64,000 nt of DNA from Oculina patagonica (taxonomy: Eukaryota). The stretch covers positions 14,012,001 to 14,076,000 of the forward strand of contig NC_135760.1 of assembly GCF_052425735.1 (NCBI RefSeq), in the 5' to 3' direction. Made by a program: the position numbers and the translations under genes. The notes beneath the pieces were generated by a model. It saw nothing but the letters and a program-made list of their open reading frames with translations, was not told where the DNA came from and did not search any database. Below, one piece after another: positions 36,961-48,903 of the stretch (within the stretch, counting starts at the first letter, position 1; every line of letters begins with the position of its first letter).

Positions 36961-39900
36961 ATGCCTACATTTGGGAAATTAGACGAATACAACGAAACGG
37001 AAGATTGGCGCCATTACACTGAGCGTGTAAATCACTTTTTTGAAGCAAACGAGATAACCGATCCGGACAAAAAAAGATCCATTTTCCTGGTTAGCGTGGG
37101 AGCAAAAACCTACAAGCTTATACGAAGTCTGGTCGCTCCGGAGGACCCGAAGACCAAAACCTATGAGGATTTAGCGAAACTCGCCCAGGAACATTTCATG
37201 CCAAAGCCTTCCGCTATTGTACAACGATTCAAGTTTAACACTCGCACTCAACAACCAGGTGAGACAATTGCCATGTTTTTAGCTGAGTTGAGGCACCTGA
37301 CCGAACACTGTGAATTTGGGGCAACATTAGATGAAATGCTACGTGATCGGCTTGTGTGTGGTGTTCACGACATCAGAATACAGCGTCGTTTACTAGCCGA
37401 ACCGAAATTAACCCTGAAGCGAGCGCTCGATCTGGCTCTCGCCATTGAGGCCGCGGATAAGGATGCCTCGGAGATACAAAAGGGGGACCCTCAGGAAGGG
37501 GATACTTCGCTCAACAAAGTCGATTTTAAAGTGGAAAAGGGTGGCGAAGTTAATTGTTATCGCTGTGGCGGTAATCACTACCCCAAAAGCTGTCATTTTA
37601 AGGATGCGAAATGTTATGCTTGTGGAAAGTTGGGTCACCTATCTCGAGTGTGCCAGAACAAAAAGAAAGGGAAACTACCACCTCCTAGTACTAATAAGAA
37701 GTCAGACACCCCACAGGATACCCATCTCCTAGAGGGGGGAGAGGAGGCAATGGGGAGAGAACAGGGTGTGGGTGCATATTCTTTGTTTACCCTTGGCGGT
37801 AAACGACCTTTGCCATACAAAGTACAGCTGAGTGTTGGTGGGCAAGCACTAGAAATGGAAGTTGACACAGGGGCTTCATTGTCAGTGATAAGTGAAGGCA
37901 CCTACAAACACCTTGTCTCACAAAACGGGGCACCGCCACTGGAGAAATCAGGAATTGTCCTTCGTACATACACTGGGGAAGAGGTCAAGCCCGAAGGGGT
38001 GTGTACAGTTGATGTACATTATGAAGGGGGCGAATACTCCTTGCCATTGTTAGTTGTAAGTGGAGAAGGCCCAGCTCTGTTGGGGAGGAATTGGCTGGAA
38101 GAAATTAAGCTAAATTGGCCAAGGATTAAGCAACTTACTTCGCATGACAAGCGACTTGGAGAGATTTTGCAGAAACATGCACAGCTATTTGGGGAGGGTC
38201 TGGGGACCCTACAGGGGACAAAGGCCAAGATCCATGTGGACCCCACAGCCACCCCCATTTTCCATAAAGCCAGACCAGTGCCATATGCTCTCAGGGAGAA
38301 AATTGAGCAAGACCTGGAAAGACTTGAGAAGGCAGGAACCATTGAACCCGTTCAATATTCCGAGTGGGCCACACCCATTGTCCCAGTTATGAAAAGTGAT
38401 GGCACAGTAAGAGTCTGTGGAGATTACAAGCTTACCGTCAATAAGGTCTCGAAATTGGATGGCTACCCTATCCCCAAGCTCGATGATCTATACACAAAGT
38501 TGGCTGGGGGTCAAACGTTTACTGAGTTAGACTTGAGCCATGCTTATGAGCAGATGCTTGTGGATGAGAACTCAAGGGAGTTTTTGACAATTAACACCCA
38601 TAAAGGCCTTTTTAGATATAACCGCCTTCCGTATGGGGTCTCTTCAGCGCCCGGCATCTTCCAGAGAACCATGGAGGGTTTGCTGCAAGGAATACCTTCG
38701 ACAGGAGTCTTGCTAGATAATATCCTCATCACAGGGCCCAGCACGGAAGAGCACCTAGACAACATCGAGAAAGTTTTGGGACGCCTTTCTGATGCCGGCT
38801 TGCGGCTCAAAGCTGAAAAGTGCCAATTTATGAAGCCCGTTTTGGAGTGCCTGGGGCACCGCATTGACGCAGAAGGGTTCCATCCAGTTGAAGCAAAGGT
38901 GAAGGCCATCAAGGAGGCCCCAACCCCAACCAATCCCTCTGAGCTGAAGTCCTTTCTAGGGATGCTTAACTTCTATGGCAAGTTCATGCCCGACCTATCG
39001 TCCACCCTGGAGCCACTGCACGAGCTTCTGAGGAAAGATATCTGTTGGAAATGGGGTACAGAGCAACAAGAGGCGTTTGATAAGGCCAAGAATCGACTTC
39101 AATCATCAGATGTACTCGTACATTATGATCCTGAGAAAGAGTTGGTGGTATCTTGTGATGCTTCACCCTATGGTATTGGGGCAGTGCTGGCCCATGTTAT
39201 GAAAGATGGCTCAGAGAAACCAGTTGCATATGCCTCACGAACACTCTCCACAGCAGAGAGGAACTATGGCCACCTAGATAAAGAGGCACTAGCTGTAGTT
39301 TTTGCCGTGAAGAAGTTCCATCAATTTCTTTTTGGACGTCATTTCAAGGTCTACACAGATCACAAACCACTTTTGGGGCTGCTTAACCCTGAACGAGCCA
39401 CACCTCTAATGGCCTCAAGTAGGATGCAGCGATGGGCATTGACTTTGCTTGCGTATGAGTATGAGCTTATTTATCGCCCTGGTGAAGAGAATGGAAACGC
39501 AGACGCCCTCAGTCGTCTACCCCTTCCAGTTGCTCCAGAGACCACGCCCACCCCAGGGGACATTATACACCTTCTAGAGACCATCAACACCAGCCCAGTG
39601 GATGCCACTAAAGTGAAGTTGTGGACAGCCCGTGATCCAGTACTTTCTCAAGTTCTGCAGTTCGTCCTTCACGGATGGCCCATGGCAGTCGAAGAAGAAG
39701 CCCTGAAGCCTTATTTTGCTAGAAGAGAGGAATTGAGTGTACATGCTGGCTGCCTACTTTGGGGATCCCGGGTCGTGATACCCCCACAGGGGAGAGAGGA
39801 AGTGTTGAACATACTTCATGAGTCCCACCCCGGTATTGTTAGAATGAAAAGCCTAGCTAGGAGCTATGTGTGGTGGCCGAAAATGGACTCACGTTTGGAG

Positions 39901-40911
39901 GAAAAGGTGAAAAGCTGTGTTACCTGCCAAAGCCACCAAAAGAAGCCACCCAGTTCACCGTTGCACCCTTGGGAATGGCCAGGCCGCCCTTGGTCTCGAG
40001 TACATGTAGATTATGCCGGTCCTTTTATGGGCAAGATGTTTCTCCTAATTATTGATGCGCATTCTAAATGGATGGATATCCATTGTGTGAATTCTGCCAC
40101 TTCCAGCGCAACCATTGAAAAGCTGAGGACAACCTTCGCTTCACACGGCCTACCAGAGATTGTAGTGTCAGACAATGGGTCCAATTTTGTTAGCAGCGAG
40201 TTCAAGTCATTTCTACAGAAAAATGGCATCAAGCACATTACCTCTGCTCCTTATCACCCATCATCAAATGGCCTCGTAGAACGAGCGGTGCAGACGTTTA
40301 AGCAAGGGATGAAGAAGCAAGGTGATGGTACTGTCGAGACCAAGTTAGCTCGGTTCCTATTAAGTTATCGTATTACCCCCCAAAGCACCACGGGTGAGTC
40401 TCCTGCTCAGTTACGCTGGGGACGAAGTCTGAGGTCACATCTCGATCTGCTGCGACCAGATGTAGCGGCAAGGGTACATGCAGCACAGTCAAGACAGAAG
40501 ATACAGCATGATCAGCATAGCCGAATGCGTCAAGTGGAAGTCGGCGATTCAGTGAATGTTCGAAACTACTCCAGAGGCCCCAAGTGGATTCCAGGAACTA
40601 TCATCCAGGAAACTGGTCCTTTGTCTGCGAGAATTGAGTTGGAAGATGGAACTGTGGTTCGAAGACACCACGATCAACTAGTTGCTCGACCCACAGAAAG
40701 TTTCAACCCTGGTGTCACATTACCAATTACTAGCCCATTGCAGCAGGAAGGTGTGGATCCAGAGATAACCGTACCTGATGTAAATGACCCCGAGGTTGCC
40801 CATGGAGACAGAGAACCACCCAGTGCAACAATGGTTCGGGACTCGGGGCCAACTACCCCTGTCAGGCGATACCCAGCGAGGAATAGAAACCCCCCGCAGC
40901 GTTTTTACTAA
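36961..40911 (+). CDS. Single gag-pol polyprotein, 1316 aa (Gag with two zinc knuckles, protease, RT, RNase H, integrase)
   Basis: Knuckles CYRCGGNHYPKSC and CYACGKLGHLSRVC; protease VDTGAS; RT ELDLSHAY...RLPYGVSSAPGIFQ...LLDN; RNase H CDAS...KEALA...TDHKPL...ADALSR; integrase HESH...CVTC, VHVD...SDNG...GLVER. Order PR-RT-RH-IN is Ty3/Gypsy. Confidence 0.97.
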   Translation: MPTFGKLDEYNETEDWRHYTERVNHFFEANEITDPDKKRSIFLVSVGAKTYKLIRSLVAPEDPKTKTYEDLAKLAQEHFMPKPSAIVQRFKFNTRTQQPGETIAMFLAELRHLTEHCEFGATLDEMLRDRLVCGVHDIRIQRRLLAEPKLTLKRALDLALAIEAADKDASEIQKGDPQEGDTSLNKVDFKVEKGGEVNCYRCGGNHYPKSCHFKDAKCYACGKLGHLSRVCQNKKKGKLPPPSTNKKSDTPQDTHLLEGGEEAMGREQGVGAYSLFTLGGKRPLPYKVQLSVGGQALEMEVDTGASLSVISEGTYKHLVSQNGAPPLEKSGIVLRTYTGEEVKPEGVCTVDVHYEGGEYSLPLLVVSGEGPALLGRNWLEEIKLNWPRIKQLTSHDKRLGEILQKHAQLFGEGLGTLQGTKAKIHVDPTATPIFHKARPVPYALREKIEQDLERLEKAGTIEPVQYSEWATPIVPVMKSDGTVRVCGDYKLTVNKVSKLDGYPIPKLDDLYTKLAGGQTFTELDLSHAYEQMLVDENSREFLTINTHKGLFRYNRLPYGVSSAPGIFQRTMEGLLQGIPSTGVLLDNILITGPSTEEHLDNIEKVLGRLSDAGLRLKAEKCQFMKPVLECLGHRIDAEGFHPVEAKVKAIKEAPTPTNPSELKSFLGMLNFYGKFMPDLSSTLEPLHELLRKDICWKWGTEQQEAFDKAKNRLQSSDVLVHYDPEKELVVSCDASPYGIGAVLAHVMKDGSEKPVAYASRTLSTAERNYGHLDKEALAVVFAVKKFHQFLFGRHFKVYTDHKPLLGLLNPERATPLMASSRMQRWALTLLAYEYELIYRPGEENGNADALSRLPLPVAPETTPTPGDIIHLLETINTSPVDATKVKLWTARDPVLSQVLQFVLHGWPMAVEEEALKPYFARREELSVHAGCLLWGSRVVIPPQGREEVLNILHESHPGIVRMKSLARSYVWWPKMDSRLEEKVKSCVTCQSHQKKPPSSPLHPWEWPGRPWSRVHVDYAGPFMGKMFLLIIDAHSKWMDIHCVNSATSSATIEKLRTTFASHGLPEIVVSDNGSNFVSSEFKSFLQKNGIKHITSAPYHPSSNGLVERAVQTFKQGMKKQGDGTVETKLARFLLSYRITPQSTTGESPAQLRWGRSLRSHLDLLRPDVAARVHAAQSRQKIQHDQHSRMRQVEVGDSVNVRNYSRGPKWIPGTIIQETGPLSARIELEDGTVVRRHHDQLVARPTESFNPGVTLPITSPLQQEGVDPEITVPDVNDPEVAHGDREPPSATMVRDSGPTTPVRRYPARNRNPPQRFY

Positions 40912-41031
40912 TGGACTCATTCCCTCCCCCGTGAACAGTTTTAAGTTTTAGGGCAGAGGCGTTAATTTTTTTTTTCTCGTTGACATTTGTTTTCTTGCTT
41001 GTTTAAGAACTTGGGGGGGGGGGGGGAGGAA

Positions 41032-41162
41032 TGTGGAGTCCTGGGACTAGTAGAGTCGTCACGTGACAAGAAGGCCGTGTACGATCGAGTTAGTTGAGTT
41101 CTTGCCATGTGTGTGTTGTAACTCGGAGTTTACACACTGTTTTCTGTATTAAATACACCACA
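41032..41162 (+). repeat. 3' LTR of copy 2
   Basis: Identical to the 5' LTR and preceded by the PPT. Confidence 0.95.
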
Positions 41163-41964
41163 AAACTACACCTTAAAAGAACTGCAGGGCATTTAGTCGA
41201 CAAAATCATGATCCAAACTGACCTGAAGCGTAAGACAATTGGGTCACATTGAATCACTCCTGGATAGTTATGAGCCAAAAATTAAGGTGCTGTTACTATG
41301 TTAAAAGGGTTACCCTCCTAGAAAGGCTAAAATATTCACATACGGGTGGAGTTACCCTTAAGCGGGGGTGGAAGTCATTCAAGGACAACCAACGGTGGAA
41401 AAACGTTTCCAAAAAATCATTTTTTGATCTTTGTTCGCGTTTTTCCTGTCGATCTCAAGCAAATTTCGCTCAGTTTCGAAAATTATAACCATTCGCCAAT
41501 AGTTTCCTTTTGGTGTTTGGTTGGTCTGGTTACAGGTCTAGTTAGGTGCGTGGGACGTCCCACATGCAGACAATGAAACAACCGGTAAAGCAATGCGAGG
41601 ACTATATGTCTTCGCCAGCCTATAAGTAAAAGTTGTTTTCTTATGTATTTTCATCAGTAACAGATTATTAAGAAAGCACGTTTAAGCCAATTACAAATTA
41701 ATCGTGTGCGTTCTGAAAGTTAAAAAGCAATTCAACCCATTAGCTTGTGAGATTACAGCATGTCCCATATAAATAGTTAATTTCCTCACTAATCACTATT
41801 GTAAATATTTGAGCTTCCTAAAATCGGCTTTTTACTGCTGTGTTTTTTAATGAAATTAAGTAGAAATATTTTTGCAATGTTAAAGTTTGTGTTTGATGCA
41901 GTTTTTTGGGCGATTAAAAGCACACGAGCACCGACTCGCGTATAGAATACATTCTGTCCTTTAA

Positions 41965-42840
41965 AGGTTAGTTCTCTTATGATCGCCCCGATCGTTTCTA
42001 TCGCATCGATCGTTTGCAAATATTGAGACGATCGTAGGCGATCGAAGCGATTGGAAGCGATCGGGGGTTAATCATATGATCGTCCCGATCACCTGGTGTG
42101 AGCGAAGACCTACGAAAAACAATCATTTTAGCCCTATATCCAACACAATGGCAGCCTTCAATGAAAGAGCAAAACTCGTGGCCCTCTATCCTCTCAGTTA
42201 TTGTAGTTTTACGGCGAAGAAGGGAAAGAGGAGCTAGAAGAATAGATAGATAGATAGTTTATTAATACAACTTCGCAACCTAAAAGGTTGAATTATGTCA
42301 TATTTACAAATTTATAAAGCGATAAAAACTAACGATAAAATGTAAAAATATTTAAAGAACTATACAAGAGTGATTAAAATCCAAACTTAAGTACATTAGA
42401 GACAATATAACTATTTCTAAATCTATTACTCTTAAAAACAGGGTTAAACTGGCGTGACTTTCTGAGGTTATAACTACTAAGATTCCGTGGGGGCAGTAAA
42501 TTCCTCAGCCTACTGTCATTGTTCTCTAAAATGTTGTTAAACAATTTGTCCGTCAGGGCTTGTCTTCGACCTGACAGAGTGACTAGACTTGCCTTGTCGA
42601 GCGCTTCTTCATACGTAAAAAACGGAAAAATGATGCGCATCGCCCTCTTTTGCACTGCTTCTAGCTCACGAGAAAGATAGGCAGGTAATGAATAGAACAC
42701 GGGCAATCCAATCAATCGCCCCAATCGCCGCAGTCGTTAGCGATCGTCTGTGTGATGTTCTCATATAATCGCCCCGATCGCAAGAAAACTTTTTGAAGTG
42801 ACAGAGGCGATAGAAACGATCGGGGCGATTGAACCGGCTT
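41965..42840. mobile_element. GATCG-rich MITE interrupted by a LINE fragment
   Basis: Inverted ends ATCGCCCCGATCGTTTCTATCGC / GCGATAGAAACGATCGGGGCGAT. Confidence 0.6.
42241..42706 (-). mobile_element. CR1/L2-like LINE 3' fragment
   Basis: SLPAYLSRELEAVQKRAMRIIFP...YEEAL...RR...YNLR...RFRNS, then AATAAA and a (CTAT)n tail. Confidence 0.75.
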
Positions 42841-45676
42841 TAAATGCTCATTGACACGCTGTTTAAGATCGCTGTTTGTTCTCTTTGCTGTTCTGTGGCT
42901 CGAGTAGAGCGAAGAACTGAAAATTTCTTGTCCTTATTTCCTCCCACGTTTCGAAAACTTGTTTTAATAACAATCTCATTACTGAACGACTTCCGCGAAA
43001 CTTCACAGAGCGCTTCAACACGTCTACTGTACGCATGGTTGGTGTAACTTGTTTACCGTGTTTCGGCGAATGAACCTCAATTCCCTTTTCGCCGCTTCGA
43101 TTTCCTTTTCCGTTGAGGGAAGTTCCGTTGCAGGAAGTTCAGCCTGTTAATGTTCCTTTCCAAGCTCCTCATCGTGTAAAGCGAAGGCCATGTCCGTCAC
43201 CAACACGTAGTTACGTCCCAAGCCTGCAATATCAAACTAAGGGTGATTTGACTGTTTTATTTACTCGGGTTGACGGCCGATACCTAAGTGTTCGTCACAT
43301 CACTGTGAACAGTGAACCTAGAATCAGTTCCTGATCGAAGGTTCTACAGCAAAAAGAAATAAATAAAGCGAAACTTACCCCTAGCTTCAAAGAGAAAATA
43401 TAATCGACGGACGCAAGCGAACTTAGTACGTACAAGCACTATTCTATAAACTATGAAAAAGAAACTACAGCGTAAATTTAGAATAAACTATATATTTATT
43501 TAATGTCGAGGCGTGTCCCTTGGGGCTGCACGAGGGCACGCCACAAATTACGTTAATTCAGTTCAAGTTCGTTGTTAACACAGTTAATTATGGAAAAATA
43601 TGAGCATTAATTACCTTATCATAGGAATATAACAAAGCATTTAACAACGCGAACAAAATGTACGCGTTATAAAATTAACGCGAATTTAAGAAAAGTTCTG
43701 GTTAAATGCTTATAGTAAACGTGTTTATATTAATAAACATCAATAAAATTAACGCGAATTTTTGAAATTCGCGTTAATAACATTTTTCGTTAATTTCCTA
43801 TAATAAGGTAGTTGCAGTATTTCCCATGTCTCTCTGTGCGCGTCAAGCTTATATCCAGGCCCACTCTTTTTTCAAAATGGCTAAGATCCAGGTGTGAATC
43901 CTAACCAATTAACAAACGTTGTTTATTTTCATTTACCTGATTTACGTACCTCGAACATTGTTGTCATGATTCTATCATGAACTGAGCGAAAGAAAAGCCT
44001 CAGGCTTGAGAAAATCTACCTGACAAGTATTCGAGAAAATCGTCTAGAAGATGCAAGATATATTGTCGTTTTAATGTTTGGATCAAATAATTTCATTTTT
44101 ACCATCGAAAATGTACTGTAAAATTCGTCAGTCGGAAACTGACACCAAAACAAACACCCTTTTATTATTTGTCGGTTTTTTTTTGCGTCGCAAGTCTATC
44201 TTTCGTATAAAGTGGATTGAATTACCAACGAATGACAAAAGAAAATCCAGTTTTATACTTTCTAGAAAATTGCTGTAAACAGGTTGGTTTCAATTTCAAG
44301 TGTTCTTCCCCATCCCTTAATTGGATTAACGTCAAACGTTTGACGATTTCTGATGACTTTGCAAAGACAGCGGAGGTAGCTTTCGTAATTACACCCTGTT
44401 AGCCAATCACATTGCGTGAAATTCAAGGACCAACTAGCTCCCAAATCATTTCATGTTTGCTCAGAGATTTGTCGTGTTAAACCTCAGCAATTACCATTAC
44501 TGACGGCGGCAACCTCTGTTGGCCAACTGAATCACAAGAAGACAAAAACAAAGTCCTTGGCGAAAAACTTAGAGGCAATTCTGGGGGATTCATTTCTTCT
44601 GTCGCTTCGGTGAAGGTGAACATAATATTTTTAAACACAATTGTGCATTACACAGCTTAAATGACCTTTAAGGCTTCGGTAAGGACTTAGTCGGGTATCA
44701 AAACATTTAAGAATATAGACGACTTTTAAGGGACTGAAAATGTCTATTTCTAGCGTTGTTTAGTGCCTCTTGAGGTCGATAGAGGTTATGCACCTTTTTC
44801 ATTACTGAAGTCACAACAACACAATTTTTCTTTTTTGCTTTGATGTGATCTGCTGCTGTAATTATTTCGTTTTTAGTGATATCGTTGTCTCCATAATCTG
44901 ACGGAAATGTCGCCGGCTTTCGCCGCAACAAGAGAACCATGCTTTTTTTCACTCAGAGGGTCTAACTCAAAACAATATTATATACAGTTTGTATTATATT
45001 TTATCGATATCTGGGAATGTTTATTTTCCACAGGGTATTTGCAGTGTTACGGGTATTTACAGCTTGGCTCCTGTGTAAACATATGAGCTGACTGCACCTT
45101 TTCTATTTTGTGCGAACTAAAAATTTGTGAAAACCGGGCAAAATAGTATTTGTTTTTTATTGTACATAGCAGCTTATCTTGGTACATTTTTAGCGGGAAC
45201 TCTAGAAAATCCAGGTCTGGAACAAAAACTTGTCAAATCAGCTGCTTGGAGCATCGAAGCATTTGCCTGTTTCTGTATGCTTCTACTATAAAAATAAAAA
45301 TTTAAACAAACACGATGACACCGAAACGCGCGATTGGTCCCTCAGTCACGAGAAAACGCCTGCACAGGGTATTTCTGAAGGGTACTTTTTACGTTAACAT
45401 AAATCAATAATAATTTTTTGAACATGCACACAATTGCATAAAACTATATAAATCTATAATCCCGGTTTGAGGGGCCTAAAGGGGTAAAATGGACACTGGA
45501 ATTTGCCTATCTTTTTTTTTGCCTATCTGATAACGGGACTAGGATTGGACCAAAAATAGGCTGGGAAATGGGATTTGAGCAAAATTTGGGTTGGGAAATG
45601 GGATTTTTATTCCCCCTTCAGGACCCTCCGGTTCTGGTAAAACCAACTTTAACATTTACAATTTGTGGTCACTAGA

Positions 45677-47247
45677 ATGGTTTCCACGGCCGACGTTCTA
45701 CTGTCAGTACTGTTTGGTTTTCTGATTGTGATTGACATCACCGGGAATGTATTGGTTTGCCTTGTTGTTTATCGCACCAAGCAGATGAGGAGACCAATGA
45801 ACTATCTTCTGGTGAACCTTGCTGTGGCGGATGTTGTGATTGGTGTATTTATGTTGCCTAGACACGTGTTCCATGACGCATTTGATCACCCGACTGGTAA
45901 GTAGATGCTTGGCTAGTTTTTACGCCTCATCATTTTCCGCGGTTAATTCTCATTAAAACAGATTCACGGTCAAGGACTAGGAAAAAGCTGCCTTGAGGAC
46001 GGACAGAGGATTATCCCGATGTTAAATAATTAACTCTATTGCTTTAATTTCGCACTTTTTCAAGCGAGCCCGGTTAGCTCAGTCGGTAGAGCATCAGACT
46101 TTTAATCTGAGGGTCATGGGTTCAAGTCCCATATCGGGCGGACAATATTTTTTCCAAAACTTTTTTTAAAATATTTTTTAAAACAAAAAAGCACTTGTGC
46201 AACTATTGTTTGATATTAAACTAGCCATCTTGCAACAAAACGAGATATAAACTGTTACCTTTGATTCTTTCACATACAAAGTAAATAATATTCAATAAAA
46301 CTTGCCCTCCTTCTAGCAGTAACCCTACCCCTAGGTAGCCCCTATCTCTCCTCTCCCCCCTCCTTAATCACCCTTTCGGCTACCGAACGCACTCCCCTAA
46401 TTTCCAATTATTACTAGTATTTATTTCGTATTTTCTTCTGATTTTTATGACCATAGGTACATCCGGGAACTATCTTTGCAAGTTCATCACCGGTGGCGTG
46501 TTCATCTGGCTGAGCGCGGCCTCATCCGGGATCTTACTAATCGCCATTGCCACCGCACGTTATTTCGCCGTCGTGCATCCTTTGAGGAGTAACTTCCGGT
46601 TAAACACGAAACGTGTCCTTTGGATAATGGCGTTATCTTGGGGTTTTGCTTCTGTTCTGACAGGACCAAGTATGTCGGCCATCGTTTACGACACGGGAAA
46701 GGATTTTTGTGTGGAGGACTGGGTGGAATGGTATCCGGAACAAGCTCACGTGGCCTTTGTTTTCGTAGTGAATTGCATGATTCCTATCATCACAATGACG
46801 CTCCTATATTTAAAAATAATTTACAAGTTGTGGCGCAATGATGATGCAATCACAAGTTCAGTTCAACTTGCACGACTCAAATCACGCAAACGTGTTACAG
46901 TCATGTTAATTATTGTAACACTGGTCCACACTTTGTGTTGGTCCCCGAACTATGTGCTGTACTTGTTGATTTTCTACGCTCCTGGATTTTATTATGGCTC
47001 AACCGCTTACATCATCACGGTTTTGCTAATTCTTCTCAACGCAGCCGCTGACCCACTTTTGTATACTTGGTACATGGACGGCTTTAGGAGGGGTATACGG
47101 AGCATGCTCTGTTGCCATAGAAACAGGGTGCACGTAATAGACAGCTCTGGCAAGAAACCCGTGGAAACACCTTTCCGAGTCGGTTTTTCGAACACAACGG
47201 AAGCGAACGACGACCAGGCAGAAGGAATGGATACAAGCACCTTTTGA
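45677..47247 (+). CDS. Rhodopsin-like (class A) GPCR, peptide-receptor-like, ~336 aa
   Basis: Exons 45677-45896 and 46457-47247 (G|gtaagt ... atag|GT). TM1 GN, TM2 NYLLVNLAVAD, TM3 CK...ARY, TM6 CWSP, TM7 DPLLY, C-terminal CC. An upstream exon is possible. Confidence 0.9.
46068..46140 (+). tRNA. tRNA-Lys (anticodon UUU)
   Basis: 73-nt GCCCGGTTAGCTCAGTCGGTAGAGCATCAGACTTTTAATCTGAGGGTCATGGGTTCAAGTCCCATATCGGGCG folds into a full cloverleaf with A and B boxes. A T-run terminator lies ~8 nt downstream. Confidence 0.95.
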
Positions 47248-48903
47248 GAGCTGACAGTTTCACAGTGTCAGTGACACCATATAATTGTGTGGACTGTAAT
47301 ATGAAAACGCAAAATGCACTCGAGCAGTGGGAAGGCCCTATGCATTGTCACCACTTGAAATGTTATAGTCCTGAGCTTCAGAGATATTTGGATAAGCTCT
47401 GTGCGGCAAGCACAAGCAAAAGGATCAAAATTTGTCCTTTTTGCGTGATTGTACTTGTGCTTGCGTTGGTGCTTACGTCGCTAGTGAAAACCAGGCTTTA
47501 GGGCGCCAAATCCTCGCTGTGTTTCCGATTCCACGGGTCCAATCAGAAAATAGCACAAACACTCTGAAGGTTGTGACGTCAGCTTTCCGACAAACGACGA
47601 GTTGAGTCTCCTAGCAACTTCCTACTCGTCCGCCTGACAGCAACTGACTTTCTGATTAAACAAAAACTCGTTCCTAAGATGATCTCTTTTCCTCGTCGTA
47701 TGAGAATGAATGATGATTTCAATTTTTTATCAGACAAGCGAATGTAAATTACGGCTTCTAGATATGGCTACATACATTTCATTTCATTCGGAAACACAAG
47801 TAAACTATTTTCATTATTTACAATGTATGTTCATAACATTCTTGATCGATTTCGTATGACTCGACTGTCAGCAAAACAATATTTCAGGCATTTCAAACAT
47901 ACGTTATTCGTGTATTAATGATTTGTTTCAGAAAAAGATTGCACTTTGTTACCGCTAAGCAGCGGGCAGGTACATGACGTTTAGTTTGCACAGGGTGAAT
48001 AACGCACCACTTTACAGACAGGACAGTTGAAAAATTGCTAAAAAAATCAAGTCCATCGCGACAAAGTACGTACAGTCGAACCTCCCGGGCATCCTTAGGA
48101 CAAGGAGTGTTCTCTTAGGAGAGATGTCCAATGCAGGGTTTGTATGTGGCTGGGGCCATAACCGAGTGTCCGTTTGCGGAGGTTAGACTGTACAGTGGTA
48201 GCTTTTGTAAAAATAATGATAGACTGCAAAACAGTCGATGTGTGACGCGCGAAGCAACGATAAGCTCGCAAGCCTCGCGAGAATTTACCCGCTCGCCCCA
48301 GATCTTTTTCGAGAGCCATCTTTTCGCCCAAAGACCTATGGACTGTTTTATTTACAGTCTACAAAGAATATTAAACAGCAGTAAAGTGTAAGGATATCTG
48401 GAAACTACAGTTGAAATATATAGGAATAATAATCCATAAAAGAATATGCAAGTATAGCAAAAAGAGTAACGAAAAAATAAGACTGATTTCAAACGCCTCA
48501 GTTTTCGGGTTACTCTAAGTTTTTTTTTTTCTCGGTTTGAATCATACATTTGTAACAGCGGGATTGACAGGCAAGGTTATTATTATCTTATCACATTAAC
48601 CCACCGACGCCTAGAAACGTAAAGAATAATGTAAGCTTATAACCGAATTCTCGTATATTGGACAGAAACACTTTTTAGTTGGATAGATTTTATTGCATGG
48701 TATTACATTCATTTATTACAAAATTATATTTATAAATTTTAGTATTATTCGTAGCTTTGCTGCAGCGACATTTTAATAATAATAATAAATGTTATTGGTA
48801 TTACAACTAAGTTTCTGAGAAAACTAGTTTTACAGTGTTGACCGCAGCTATTTCATAACTTTATTACAGACATTTGGATGCTATCTAATAAATTACATTA
48901 TGT

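Larger units (their letters stand above)
36758..41162 (+). mobile_element. Ty3/Gypsy (Mag-like) LTR retrotransposon, copy 2, intact ORF
   Basis: Identical 131-bp LTRs at 36758-36888 and 41032-41162. TSD AAACT at 36753-36757 and 41163-41167. PBS TGGCGACGAGGA at 36893-36904 is complementary to the 3' end of tRNA-Ser(GCU). PPT at 41013-41031. Confidence 0.97.

Noticed and set aside
37408-40920. Short antisense or alternative-frame ORFs inside gag-pol (and mirrored in copy 1)
   Set aside because: They are by-products of the coding strand and carry no motifs.
8411-41162. The two LTR elements as an assembly duplication
   Set aside because: They have different TSDs, unrelated flanks and scattered internal differences.
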